From Phoronis australis (lineage: Eukaryota; Animalia; Phoronida), in the NCBI GenBank assembly GCA_002633005.1, contig NMRA01000016.1, positions 985,874 through 1,049,873 on the forward strand: a DNA stretch of 64,000 nucleotides. The letters are read 5' to 3'. Position numbers and translations under genes: made by a program. The notes under the pieces were generated by a model, which was not told the origin of the DNA, ran no database searches, and was given only the letters and a program-made list of their open reading frames with translations. Below are positions 25,650 through 39,182 of the stretch, piece by piece. Positions within the stretch are counted from its first letter, which is position 1. Each line of letters opens with the position of its first letter.

Positions 25650-26970
25650 AGGCGAAGGCAACCTTTTTTCATGTCACTTTTAGCAAAAACATGGTCTGTT
25701 GATTATCCTAGACATATTTTTCACTTAATTACAGCTTTTCGTAATTTAATTAATTTCTCGTCCTCTACTCCGGAAGTGACGTTTTGGGAGGCAAGAATTT
25801 CGCGCTAATTTCTTTTCATACAGTCTGACGGTGAGAGCAGTCGAGTCAGTCATTGTTCTACCTCTGTTGTGATAAGTTCGGTCGTCGTTTGCTTTTGTTT
25901 ACGAGTCAGTCAACATGCCACGCTGTTGCTGCGTAACAGGATATACTCATTATCGTCTCACACGTGCTTTGGGTACCTTGCATCGCTTTCCGAAGGATGA
26001 CACACTTCGCCGTACTTGGCAAGCTTGCTCGTGTGAAGAATGCAGCGCTACCCGTTCACGCAACGCACAAAGCAGTGGCAAGCATTTTCAGCCGTCAGAT
26101 TACGACAGAGATATGTCCGCTGAAATGATGAAGGTCCCTGCGAAACAACGCCTGAAGAGGGGTTCCATACCGTCGCTGTTGATTCCCGGCAGTGCCCCGT
26201 CGTCATCCCCGAGAAGTGCGTTTTTGAAGCGAGAAGCCTAGCAAGCTGTGGCCACTACATACAGTGACTGGAGGCACTTCATCGACTGTCACCCATGCCT
26301 CCGAACGTACCCCATAGCGTGCAATTCCAGGAACTAGTAGTGATTCCCTGTGTGCTGTTGTCTCTAGCCCAGAGCCTGTAAGCAGCCCTGCAGCGATGTT
26401 GAGTAGTGGGAGTGAATACAGACTCAGTTTGACACCCAGTGAAAAGGATAGTTCGTCATCCAATGAACAGATCGGTCAGCCTAAGTTTGATAAGTTTATT
26501 GTGAACTTGTATTGGAGCTATTTAGAAGGTGCCACGTGTGTGACGAGGGAGTCGCCGGGCGGGATGTAATCCGTTTGCGTGCTCAAGTCACCATCCACTC
26601 GGAGTGTGTCGCCGGACACTCGGGCAAGTGGGACAGTTCTTCCTCTGTACGTGAGACGATAATGAGTACATCTCGGTAGGCAGAAACAGCGTGGCATGTT
26701 GACTGACTCGCAAACAAAAGCAAACGACGACCGAACGTATCACAACCGACGAAGAATAATGACTGACTTGACTGCTCTCACAGTCAGACTGTATGAAAAG
26801 AAATTGGCGCGAAATTCTTGTCTCCCAAAACGTAACTTCCGGAGAAGACGACGAGTAATTTTAATTAAAATTAAATTACGAAAAGCTGTAAACAAGTGAA
26901 AAATATGTATGGGATAATCAACGAACCCTATTTTTGCTAAAAATGACATGAAAAAGGGTTGTCTTCGCCG
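25650..26970 (+). mobile_element. Non-autonomous Kolobok-type transposon with THAP remnant
   Basis: TTAA at both ends (25646-49, 26971-74), ~210-bp TIRs starting AGGCGAAGGCAACC, internal THAP ORF followed by a decayed LELFRRCHVC..CVAGH..W segment. Confidence 0.85.
25915..26241 (+). pseudogene. THAP-domain ORF (transposase N-terminus remnant)
   Basis: MPRCCCVTG..HRFPKD..W..KHF..DY..LKRGSIPSL; Zn-ligand Cys positions partly lost. Confidence 0.75.
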
Positions 26971-27322
26971 TTAACAGAATGTTTGGAGCAGGACTACGGC
27001 GTGGGATACAACAAAACGCCGAAAAGTGCCTGGTGCTAGATGGGAGGCTTCAGTTCCGTGAGACAAGAGTAGCGTAAGTGAAAGATGAATTTTTGTACGT
27101 TGGAAAATCCAAACGATGCACAGGAAAGGAAGCCTGTTCTATACTTTTAACCTCAAAAAGCTTTCATTTATTTATATATGAAAAAATGACTCCATGGGGT
27201 CATTTTTACAGCAGTTCACATTAAATTCAGACCCAATTAAAAAGCGACGTGGGTCATTCTTTAATATTGAATAAGTACCCTAGGTCATTTTTATAGTGAA
27301 AAATGACCCTCGGGTTATTTAA

Positions 27323-29023
27323 AGGCGAATGCCACCCAAAAAACAACTTATTTTGTAACAATTTAGATCGAGTAGTTCTACTCGATAACGGCACGTTCAG
27401 TTGCGTTTCCTGACACCTGACGGCAGACAGGGGTGTTGAAATTATCCAATGACGTCATTAGTTTCACACAGTCTGTGCAGCAGTTCACAACACGGGTTAC
27501 TGGTGTCATCTTATCGCTTGAATTCATCCTTTAAAACCAATAAAACATCAAACTTCGATGTAAAATCCTTAAAAATACAAGATCTTATAAAAACGTGTTG
27601 TTTTATTTCGCTGTTAGGCCTACGGATTTATTGGTATTTAGACACACCGTAGCCTACAAAGTTCGGCAGGCCAATCTACCATGGTCCGTAGCAGGAGTTT
27701 GGGGTCTGTTCGGAGCTATATTCGAAGTATTTTTCCATAAAATGCAGACACGAGAACCGAGATCTGAGTTGTTTATACTTGTGATTTTTTTGAGTTCTAA
27801 AGACACAAAACGCTTGTTATCCCGGCCAGTGGCTCGGAACCCGATGAGGCCCGCCGTGGCCGAACAGACTCGTTATCCCGGCCAGTGGCTCGGAACCCGA
27901 TCAGGCTCGTCGCGGCCGCCGGGACTGGCACGAACATAAACCAATTTGAGTTGAAAACTAAACATCCAGTCACGAAAAGACTATAATAGTGAGCCGGTGC
28001 ATGTAATTATTTATGTGAATAGCCACGAAACTGAAAATCTACTTACTTGTCGGGGCCGCAAAGTCGGGTTCCCCTTAGGCAGACCTTCGGGGCAAGGTTG
28101 TACAGTAACAATGATTTGAATAATGTATTTGTATTTCCCCTAACATGTGACCATAGCATATAAAATTGAATAATTGTTACAAAACAGCTTTCTGTCAGCA
28201 AACACTGAATTGAGCATGGGCTCACACGGCCTCGGTGCCCGGTCACTTACCTTTGTTGCCGGCATCAAAAGCCCGTAACGCAGTGGTTTATTCATTACTG
28301 GCTTCTCAACACTTGCGCTCATGAATACTGCAAAGGAATTACAATTTGTATCTAATGAGACTGGCTTTGTTTCAGTTTCATATAAGCATTGGTTACGATG
28401 AGAATAATTCATTTTGAAACAGAACGCAGAATAATAAACCTCTACATGGCAACTCGCCTAGCGCCAATCCCGACTTGGCCAAGAGCTCATCCGACAAAGA
28501 CTTCATGGGTCGGATAGTTAGGTTTCACAGGCTATCATTTCGAACCGAAATACACTGATCAAGAAATGCTAGAGAAGCGACGTAAACATGTACAGGCAAC
28601 GGAACGTATGCCTTTGGATAGTTGTTTGGTAAGCTGGAATTCGTCTGAGAAATCACTGTCGATGAAATGCCGGCCACAGACACGGAGATGTTTCACGGCC
28701 TCATACTTGCTACTAACAGCGTACCTTTCATTCTGCATTACCGCGAGCCACTTCCTAAGCATTTCAGGCTCTCGAGGAAGTCGAAAAAACGATATACCTA
28801 TTTTCTTCGCAGCTTCATAGTTCGGGCAAGCGGGAACGATGCACCGCAATATAACGGTATTCACTCTGCAGACGAACCACGACGTCGCTGCGTCGTTCCT
28901 CAACTTCCTCACAGGTTAACGCGACACCTCTCGGCAAGGTAAGGTCGACCGTATAAGATGCGATGTGGATATAGACCGATTAAGACGGTAAAAAATACTA
29001 ATTAAATCGGTTGACATTCTCCT
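27323..29023 (-). mobile_element. Non-autonomous Kolobok-type transposon (second family) with THAP remnant
   Basis: TTAA-AGGCGAATGCCACCC ... GGTTGACATTCTCCT-TTAC termini; minus ORF 28559-28912 RCIVPAC..SFFRLP..W..RVCGRHF..DF; internal 56-bp direct repeat near 27823-27905. Confidence 0.8.
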
Positions 29024-29716
29024 TTACTGTTACACCAGTAGCACTGCTCTCCTGTTCCCTGTGTACCCCTAGGGGAAACGAAGGAAGCCAGCGAGGTACG
29101 GTGCCTAAGCACTGAAGCCGGGGCTAATTGTGACTTTGTGCATTTTGAAACATTCGACTACCCGGAAAGGCCACTTTGACCATTTTAGTATCTATTGCAC
29201 TTGCTATTAACGCCGGACTTCCCTGCCATCAAAACCTGTTACTCTCTTTTCCAACTAAGTCTTAGTTTAGAAATGGGGCCCTGTTATATTTTAAGGGAAC
29301 AAAATCAAATATAAATGTACGCGCACAAAAATGGGGTTCGTGGCATAAGAAATCGATCTTTTTCTGGTTTTACATACTACGACTATCTTAGAGAAGTAAA
29401 CCTCGACTAGAAAATTGTATCCACATGATATGCACCATTTTGCTTGTTTTGGAAGGGCGCTTAACGCTATTAACATTTGCAATGGGAGATGATGGATTCG
29501 CGAATGAATTGATTTTGAATAAAAGACGAAACATTAAGGACAAATGTAAGAGTACTCTTATTCCTAAATCCGCTTTTATTAGTAGCTACGAGCCAGTGAC
29601 TGCCGCCTCCCACTTGCATAAAAAAGTAATTTAGATATACATTGTACATCAGAAACCCTGCAGAACAATGTGCCAATGTGTGTATTCTTGATTAATGCTG
29701 TTCGTTTCATGCGCAA

Positions 29717-29868
29717 TTCCACCAGAAATTCTGTCTAGCAGTACTAAATCACTGATGGTTAACCAGTTTGATAACGTTATGATCAAGGGCATTGCCAAGG
29801 GGACGCCTGTGCCGAGAATAACTTGGACAAAAGGGTCCAAGCAGCAGCTACCTGTAGATCATAATATC
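29717..29868 (+). pseudogene. Isolated Ig I-set exon remnant
   Basis: PPEI..V.IKGIAKGTPVPRITWTK followed by a GTAAGT donor; canonical Cys replaced by Gly and the acceptor reads CAA. Confidence 0.55.
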
Positions 29869-31539
29869 GTAAGTACGATTGTTAACGTTTGGTTTGTCAT
29901 AGTGCAAGTACTTTCATTTAGATTCCTCAGCTGCTATCTTTTCGAGTGGAACGTCTTCAAAATTGTCAGAATAAATATAGATTAAGTAATTAGTAAGAAT
30001 AGATCTATTGTAATGTCAAAAATTTGTGCATCAATTATGTACTTTTAAATCATGAGGTCAAACTTGTTGACATGTACTTTAATGTCAAAATCTAATTTTA
30101 GATGGTGTTTACAACTTTGGTTCTGGGGTCAAAGCACTCTAGAGATTCTAGAAATTTCTGGCTACAAATTGTAACAGCCAGTGATATGATTAGATAAGAT
30201 CATGTCGTTTTTATAAGCCAATCGCTAAATAAGTAGATTATTATAATGTGGGCTAAAACCAAGAAGACATTCAGATTATTTTGGTTGATTGATTGAAGTA
30301 ATCTTTAAAGAGGGCGCTAGCGTAGTTACTCTTCTTTGTAGTTGATTCCTTATAATTAACAACAGGTTTCATTTGTCTAATTAGTGGCTATCATATAATA
30401 ACTTAATTACTGTATTTAATTCTCTCTCCATGTAAGCACAATCTCAAAGCATAGCTACCTTTTAAACAAACCTACAGTCAATTTCTGACAAACATAGATC
30501 AACCTTTTAAAGCACGTGTTACTGCATATGTTTTCATTGTCAAATGTAACATTTCTTGATCTATCCCTTGAGATACTAAACAATTTTCAAGAAAGAAATT
30601 AGCCAAAATCAATTTTTTTTTATTTTCAAAGGCTAGTCAATGTTGTAAACAATTTTTATATAAACATTGTCTGGTGTTAGCTGTGGTATAGAACTGTAAA
30701 ACAAAAGATTTGCACGGAGGCTTGAGCGAGTACCCTTTAACTGCAAAGTGAGCTGAAATTTGAGAAAATTTATTGCCTTATGTTAAAGATGTGCCCTTGC
30801 TTTTAGTAAACAAGACCAAACAAAAAGTTAATTAAAGGAAAAAATGTACCACCATTCTGCAGTATCCGAGAGACTTAATTTTTAACTCTTACTTCATCTG
30901 GCACTGTTTTTTCGCAATTTTGAGAGACGATAACGTGGTAAATTTTATTTACTGCTTTCACATCTCCCAAAATAATTTCGATGCATGGTGGACGATGCGG
31001 TAAACTTACGTGACGGCGTTCACCCGCTCGGTGACTTTACCAGACGTAAAGAGTTGTGAGTCTGTGATAGCATCTAGCTTCTTTGATAACTGCCAAGCTC
31101 GGTCTTTTGTCTGGTATGACAACAGGCAGGCCAATTATCTCCCAGGCTTATTACAGACCACGTGTTAACACAATCAAACCCAGAGCAAATTGGTATGTTC
31201 GGAAAGACTAGATAGCCGTAACTTCGATTGTAGTTGGGTGATTGTGGCTATTCAAAAATAAAACATGATCAGCACTTACGAAGAATTCAGAAATGCCATT
31301 GATTTATGTTCAAATATGTTAAAACTTAACTTTTATTTATAACGTTACAACGCAGTCAGGCTAGATACGATCTTATTGTAGAGTAGAGCAATTATCGAAC
31401 AAAAGAGAGCTTGCCCTTCAACCATCAATGCCAGAATGGATTTCATCAGTCGTGTAAGACAATGGCTACAGGGGTGTTCTTCCCAACTTGTTGTTGGGCT
31501 GTAGAACCGAACAAGTTTGGATCAACGAGAAAACGCCGT

Positions 31540-32495
31540 AATGCTCTTACACGACTCCATTAGAATATATTGAGCTTCGTAGACCATAAAATAATTTTTT
31601 TGAGGAGTAACGTCAAATTTCTACATAAACTCTTCATAACTAAGGAAATAACCATCAGAATATAGTTAGTCGTGTACATGAGTTATGCCTTTTTGAAACC
31701 ACTGTTTGCAGAAAACAGGCTTGATATCTATTAATATATTTGAATAATACAATCGTTTTCGGGAACTAACAATCTGAATTCATTTACATATTGAAAGACC
31801 TCTTTTCAAAACACATTATAAATCATTTGAGACATCTGTAAATTGCAAATCCCCGAACAATAAGTAATTATTTAAAAATCTGAGCATTAGCTAAAACTGC
31901 CCATGGACTTGTAGTACTTTGACAAAGTAGGCAACGAAACCAAGTTAATTTAATGGCTTTCATAAAAGAAGTGACGTCAATCATTCTGGTTCCACCATCA
32001 TTATACTCTTGAGCCATAGCCATGCGACAATTTCTTCGGTTTACCGTTCCATACAAAACAGTAGAACAATTTGTTCAGTTGCTTCAGGAGGCCAGTCAAG
32101 GGGACGGGAGACTTGTAAAAAGATTTTAAAGTTTTGGCATCATTATGGATTTCACAAGTGTTATTCTTTCAAAAAGTGTCACGTTTCTTTTCCACTAGAT
32201 GGCTATAGCCTTATTTGTTTCACCAAGCTTACTGTTAAAATTAATGTCTGGAATTTTATTTAAATCACTGAAGAATTGAATACCCAGTAAAGTGAATTCT
32301 GATGTTGCCTATTTCAGTTTTATGTCACAGACATTTTTGAAAGTTACCCTTCATAGAACCTACATGTATTCAAATACAAATTGTTTTTTTCCAGATTGGG
32401 GTGTAGATTAGAATATTTTTCAAATTGGTTTATATTGTGAAGGGTTTTTCGCAGAGACTGCTCCGAGAAATATAAAAACATAACCAATAATCTGC
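31540..32495 (-). mobile_element. Tx1/L1-clade LINE ORF2 remnant
   Basis: Minus fragments YAD, FTLLGIQF, GGTRMIDVTSFMKAIKLTW, WFQKGITHVHD, FLSYEEF; many stops and frameshifts. Confidence 0.7.
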
Positions 32496-33303
32496 ATACT
32501 ACATCAGTTTGTATTCCACTGATCCGACCTGGACGCCCTCATCACTGTTGTCCAGTCTAAAGACCCAACCCGTAAACTCTGCACATGGTGATAATGGATC
32601 ACCTTGCCCGCAACCACACCCTGGGTAAAAAAGTTACATGTGACACCGTTTTGTATAGCACATTGCTTTGCCTTTCTGTTTAGTATATGAGTCCCCAAAA
32701 TTAAAGAAATTTAGAACTTTGTCAATAAAAACCAAGGCAAGGAATCAAACACCTTATTCGAAGCCCACCAGTAAAAGCATACCCGGTTTATTTAAGTCTT
32801 CAGTTAACTATATCAAGTGACAAGTCTGCTTTGTATTACAGAACGAACTCGTTGGGAACTACAAAACGACAAACGTTTGTAACTAATATTCAAGAGGAAG
32901 ATAGGCCTCCATCTTTTATTAAATTTAAACTGAACTTGTTAAATGCATTTATCGACATTATTTTGACATTTATCACTTTTACTTTTAAAAACGTTTGTTT
33001 TGCAATTCTCATCTCCATTTATAGCCTCAGGGGTCTACTTTTGTATTCATACACTTCTCAACTTGACACCTGATTGGCCACTCATATTTCCTTTGTTCAG
33101 TATGGCATGGTCTAGTTCATTCAGCCACCTACATCGTCATCTACAAGATCTACATTTTCCTTTGTATTTTTATGGGTTTTTGCCCACACTTGTCCACCTT
33201 TCCAATGCAACCTTCTTCAACTTCTCATGCCTCTGACTCATTTCTCTGTTATCTGTATCATCCGTTTTGAAGTACTAATGTCTTTTTCTACATTTCGCCC
33301 CAG

Positions 33304-33760
33304 GTGTTCATCCTCGGTAATTCCTACGTTCGTTGGCTGGACAACTTTGTGTCCAACCCTCCCCAGTCCCGCTACCTCCACAACTACGGCTTCCAGCCTT
33401 CCCGGGTCACCATTTCGTCCCTGAGCATCTCGGGCGGCACCCTTCTCCTCGGCCCTAGGTCCATCCAATCAGCCACCCGTTACTCCCCTTGTTCCCTTCC
33501 CGACATCGTTTTCCTCCAGACCGGAATGACCTCCAGTCGATCTCCATTGACCGCTATGTCCTGTCCTCACGCCTGGACTCGTTCACCGTTTTCTCTTAAT
33601 GGCTTACAACGTCCAGCGCGTCCTCGTTGGGCAAACGTTTCATCAGTTGCACTCTCGAAGGTGCTTCCGTTCTAGGCTTTGAGCCCTACATTTTTTCTAG
33701 ACTCACAATTCACTTCAACCATTCTGGGCTCTACAAGCGCACGCTCAGTATGCGTGTGGC
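33304..33760 (+). mobile_element. SGNH-hydrolase-like ORF remnant of an Ngaro/DIRS-type retrotransposon
   Basis: FILGNSYVRWL..ISGG..PDIVFLQTG(N)D; starts at a strong acceptor TTTCGCCCCAG; C-rich composition. Confidence 0.65.
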
Positions 33761-34476
33761 CATCGGTCACTACTTCGGATAACTCACCGGGCCTCCTCAC
33801 CCATTATTCCCACACCCCCACACTTCACCCTCCCTTCCAGCTGCTCACTTTATTTGTAATTGTTTATTTATATAACTGTTTACGATTAATTTACACCTCG
33901 TTCAAAATACCCTCATTTCAGCGGTTTGCCTATAGAGGGCCTTATAATGCCCTGCTCTAACCTCTATTTTGGAGGTGTTTTCCAACGAAGTTCTTCTGTT
34001 ACTCACGGGATTATTTATATCCTCAAATTTACCTCCCCCCCAAATTTCAAATCTTTTCAGCGGTTCGCCCACAGGGGCGCTTAATCCCTGTTTATAATCC
34101 ATTATTTCGGCAGTTTCATGGAGGTTTTTCAATAGTTTCGGGCTTCTGTAGCCAATCATTTAAACCCTTCAGCCTGCATGGGCCCATTCTTCCTGTTTTA
34201 TAGCATATTTTATCGTGTTTCGTTCAAATCATTCACATTTCGCTGGTATGCCCTCAGGGACCTTAAAATGCCTTGTTCTCACCACTATTTTCGGTAGTGC
34301 TTTCCGAACGAAGGTCATCCTTTCCTCTTGGGATTACTACACCCCCTTATGTACCATGTTTGGCGATATGCCCTCTTGGTCGTTCCTTTTTTTCTCCTCT
34401 TCTCCCATTCCAGGGTCGCTACCCTGATTTTCCCCGGTAAGTTTTTTTCAGCATGGGACCCAAGAAATCAACCAGA

Positions 34477-34856
34477 GCCCGGTCTCAAATCTTTTTACTC
34501 GAAATGGAACTCGAAATTATGTTTGGCATTTACTGGTGTACTTTTGTGCGAACTCAAGATAAGTGTTTCTTATTCTATGCTGAAGTACATCATGACTTAC
34601 GTGGATAATTATTAGTCCTAGTTTGCAGTCGAAAAAATTCAACATTAAGGCTAAAAGTTTGAGTTTGAGCTAGAAATTTCAATTTCTTTTTTCGAGTTTG
34701 TACAAACTTGGACAAGAAACTTATACTTATATGCATAAGCTATATTGTATTGGAGCATAGTCTGATGACAACTTACATTGAATTCAGATAAAGGGAGCAG
34801 AGAAATTGTTAAAAATAATTTCGAGTTCCTTCAAGTACAAAGATCATAGACCGGGC
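34477..34856. mobile_element. MITE with ~40-bp TIRs
   Basis: GCCCGGTCT..TACTCGAAATGGAACTCGAAATTAT and ATAATTTCGAGTTCCTTCAAGTA..AGACCGGGC. Confidence 0.7.
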
Positions 34857-34879
34857 CAAGTCGTATACCTGCAAGTCTT

Positions 34880-35460
34880 CCAGCCCTTTTGCGCCCCCCC
34901 CCCCACCCGTCTCAACCTTCAACATCTGCTGAACCTCAGCCGTCGACCCCTGTCATCGACCATGCCCAACTAGTCCCATGTTCCTCCTAACCTTTCACGG
35001 CTTCCCCAGAGTTGGCGAATTCACAGTCACCTCTTCATCTCTTACTACACATGACATCCAAGTTAGCGACGCTGTCTTCCCGCTCTCGGACGGCACGGTG
35101 GTCATCACCATGCGTACATTCAAGCACAGCTCGGGACCAGTCTCACTTACTATTCCTGCCGTCCAATCACACCCATTTCCCTGTAGCCGCCCAAACTTTG
35201 TAATTTTCTACCTTCCAGCCCACTCCAAACCCCCTGCTCCAATAACTCAGAGGATGACCGGTTACATGTTTCTGCTACAACTCCATGTTCACAAAAGTAA
35301 TTTCCTTTTTCAGGCCTCGAGACAAGGTCTTATAAGTCATAAAGCTTTCGCATCGGCACGGCCACATCAGCGGCCAGCCATGGCATATCTGAACCGGTGA
35401 TACAGCGCATAGTACGCTGGAACTCTAATGTATTAAAAAGTGACTACGTCCGCATGTATG
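34880..35460 (+). mobile_element. Tyrosine recombinase remnant (DIRS/Ngaro-type)
   Basis: MFLLTFHGFPRVGEFT...KS*SFRIGTATSAASHGISEPVIQRIVRWNSN..YVR: catalytic R, HxxR (H mutated to stop), W and Y. Confidence 0.8.
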
Positions 35461-37824
35461 CTTCAAATTGCATTTACTTAATGCTTATGGAAATTCAAGT
35501 AAAGCAACTTTTTTAAGATAACAGTCAAATTCAGCTTGTTTCACCTTCAACAGTCCATTTTTGACGTTAGGATTACGAAGTACAGCAGTACTGAAAAGTG
35601 CCCACTGCTCGATGAAAGCGCCATTGCTGAATCTCTTGAGTGCTCTTTTGAGCAATACGATTGGGCAGTATGACATGCGTTTTTCTTTTTTTGAATTTCT
35701 CTAGGAGTTGAAATCACATCTTGAGAATGGTTATGATTAACTGCGACTCTCACGCGCTTTCAGCCATGGCATCTTCAACTTAAATTAGCAAAAGATTAGA
35801 TAATTTACACAAATTAATCGACTCCTGTTACACATTAAACATGGGTAGGGCCAGTGTAACATCGGCACAGGGGAACATAGGGTTGGGTAAATATTGGGAC
35901 GAGGGAATAGAGTTCCGGAGGGACAAAGAGACGAGATAACATCCTGTTGGGGAACGTAAGGACGGTAAAACATAGCGAACAGCCTTACGGACTCGACAAA
36001 GAGCCTCAAACTAAGATCGAAGTGTATGGAGTGGGGTGAATTAGGACAAATCAGTTGATTGTAATGAAGAGACGACTGGGAGATGTTAGTCAAGTTTCTG
36101 AATTGCAACCGCAGAATTAAAGGGAGGAGCCTGCAGCGTAGAGGATGACGAGTGAAACACGACGGACTTTACCGAAGATGCATGCTAAACTGAATTAGTT
36201 TCACAATCAGCTTCGCCCAGTGGCGTACAATTAGGGGAACCGGAGCGGATCGACCGCCTTGTGACCCCTCTAGATTCTGCACCAGTTCCTGGGTCGTCAT
36301 TAATTTTCGGAAACCGCACTCACATTGCCCCATCGTCACGAACAAAAAGTACATATACCCAAATTTTGGGCAACTTAAAATAGATCTATCTGTGATAATT
36401 ACTTAATCGGTATTTATTTTGACAAAAGCTAAAGATAAGCTAACCATAACAATTAACATTTGGGTATTAGTAAAAATCAACTTAAAACAGGATTTAATTC
36501 CAAAGATGGTCAGTCTCCACATTACATTTAATAGTATATCGTTTCAACGTGGCTGGTTGGGTAGGTGCAGAATTTCACTAACCAGTGATGATCGTTCGAG
36601 TCAACCCATTTTTTAACTTCGATTGGCCGTTCACTGCAGTCGCTGCCATAATGAACTCTTTCAGAGTCAGTTTCAGACACTACCTGACCGTCTTCCTAAC
36701 TAACTTGTTCACTATTTCCCTGACCCAATAGCTTACTGATTAGCCAGCACGAGTATTGAACTTTCCCCTATTCATGTATATATCATGTAACCTTCTGTAA
36801 TCTACCCAGTTACAGTGTACTGTGCCAACATGAAATATGCTTGTAGAATATTCCAGCCTTCTGCAGTCTTTCAGGCCCCTAAAATGTTCCGTATCGTAAT
36901 TCAATAACAATCACTAATTTGTTAGAATCTCTTACGGTTATGTTGGACCTTATCGACAAGTCTGTGTACAAAGAATAGAACTTTAGAAATCAGTAAATGT
37001 GTTCATTTTCTTGAAGTACAAAATGTAATTAAAAGCCTGCAGACTTTGATTTTTCACTATATACATGTACCAATATTCCATTAATTAAGTCACGTGACCA
37101 CGTCTTTTTAATAAAAACGAAAGGTGCATTATGAATGCACAAAACAACGATATCCATAACGTGACCAAGTTTTGCTTGATATAAACTTTCCATGTAGAGG
37201 CGGTTACATTTTTTCTAAATTATCAATTAGTTTTATGCCACTTTTTCATAAAAATCGTAAAATACCTACTTTGGTTATTCAAATTTATATATTTTCAAGG
37301 ATCCTGGATAGCCTTAAGTGTTATGAAATGCTCCGCAAATAAACTCTTCATGATCACTGGCCTAACCTCAACTGGGTTGGGTTCATAATCAGCTATTTAC
37401 TCGTAGAACAAACAAGGCTAAGCTAATATCTTATGGTGGCAGCCTACTCCTGACAAATACCTAAATAACTAAATAAGCAAAAAACAGATACATAAATATG
37501 TACGTACATAAAAACAAATTTTAAAACAGGCGTATGCACATAATCGCGTTAGGATTACGTCACAGATTTCAGTCATTCAGTTCCGCAATGACGTGAAATT
37601 CGTAAATTGCACGATATACAAAGAAGTAGTTGTCTGGTACTTGTTGATTATGTCATAATATCGCCACCTATAGGCACAGTCAAACACGATAGCCATGTTA
37701 TGACGTAGATTTGAAATTTCAATGCCTCTAACCTCATCAGTTACTGTGCTTCCCATTATTTTTTCTTCTCTCTGGCGAATTTCTTCAGTACAGTTCTGTC
37801 AAATGGTTTCGTCGTGTGACGAGC

Positions 37825-38727
37825 TCATGCCTGGCCGTGGTCAAAGTTTACGAGTTCCGGATGGACTCGCGACTGCCGCCAAAAACACAACACCTTTATG
37901 TAACCACTTCTGAACTCTTCACATCGCAACCCATAGATAAAACTGTTAAGGCAAGAGTTGCCGAGTGCAATCCATTTAACTGTGACACGAATAAGGCGCG
38001 AATGTGGAACAATAAAACTCGTGACGAAAAACGGAGACCAGCAAACAAAGAAGAGTGCCGTCAGCATTATTAGCGTATTGATGGCTTTCCGTTTGTTATG
38101 GTCGAGTCCGATGGTCGATGTTCTTATTTTAAAGTATATTTTAGTGTAACAGAAACTTATAAGTAACAGAGGAATTGCAAATCCAATGACAAACACAGCA
38201 ATAGCCCCATTTCCCCCTACTTTGCTCTTACCTAAAAGACAACTATTTTGTCTCCCAACCTGTAAAGTTATCACAATAATTGAAATACACATGGTTAAAA
38301 CCAATACCATGCCGACAATTTTTGTTTTTGTGAAGATGGTGTCGTATCGATGGCTTATGCACACTTTGATGTAACGGTTAACGGCAATAAACACCATGTC
38401 GTAAAGGGACATAGAGCAACAGAACCAATTCATGGCATGTAGAAGAGTACAGATGACGGGCTGATCACTGAATAAGTTAGTATTACCCAGCCAAGCGTTA
38501 ACCATATACATGGGCATGACCCACACCACGACCAACAGATCAGCAAGAGCAAGAACTATAATAAAGATGTTCCCGGGTTTATTCCTCGCAGTCTTCTGAC
38601 TCATTATGGCGCTGATTATGAGCACGTTGCCGACAAGTCCAGGAAGAATCAAAAATGGGGGCACATACTTTTCGAACATTATCGACTCCTCAAGTGCAAG
38701 TAACTGTTCCTCAGCCGTAAAATTCAT
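37825..38727 (-). CDS. Intronless class A GPCR, melatonin-receptor-like (300 aa from the ATG at 38727)
   Basis: Seven hydrophobic segments; GN (TM1), LALADL (TM2), AVNRY (TM3), CWSP (TM6), NSCLNSFIYG (TM7), helix-8 EEFR; N-terminal NFT sequon. Confidence 0.9.
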   Translation of the reverse strand: MNFTAEEQLLALEESIMFEKYVPPFLILPGLVGNVLIISAIMSQKTARNKPGNIFIIVLALADLLVVVWVMPMYMVNAWLGNTNLFSDQPVICTLLHAMNWFCCSMSLYDMVFIAVNRYIKVCISHRYDTIFTKTKIVGMVLVLTMCISIIVITLQVGRQNSCLLGKSKVGGNGAIAVFVIGFAIPLLLISFCYTKIYFKIRTSTIGLDHNKRKAINTLIMLTALFFVCWSPFFVTSFIVPHSRLIRVTVKWIALGNSCLNSFIYGLRCEEFRSGYIKVLCFWRQSRVHPELVNFDHGQA

Positions 38728-39182
38728 TTCCAGTTTAACTTGAAGTACGATTAAATAGCAATAGATGACCACAACTTTCCGATCTATCCAACTGAAAATC
38801 ACAACTCGTACGAAGCTGCAAAGCAAGTCGTAAGTACAACTCCACTTTCAGTTTGATGACGTCTTTAAATATATCTGCTTCCCAGTATTAGACATCACCA
38901 CGAACATGTTGACAATATGCGAGCACGAGTGTATCGAAATGATGCAGAAACACTATTGACTTTTTGTCTGGTCTGAGGGAATAGCATTTAATTAGCCCCT
39001 TTGCAACCGGTCTGTGACTGCAAAGCGCGAGACAATACTGTAATTAAGTGTCGTCAGGGATCATCACTTTTACAGGGAGTCGCAGGGTGTCTGCAGCATA
39101 TTTACAGGAATGCTTCAGTTGCAAACAACAAGAAATTGGATTAAATCGAAATTACGACCTTTTTCTCGTAATAAATATAGAT

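Noticed and set aside
27823-27905. Direct repeats resembling a CRISPR array
   Set aside because: Only two copies, inside a eukaryotic transposon, with no cas genes.
38728-38826. 33-aa N-terminal extension of the GPCR ORF
   Set aside because: Starts at a non-ATG codon; the first ATG at 38727 gives a normal N-terminus with a glycosylation sequon.
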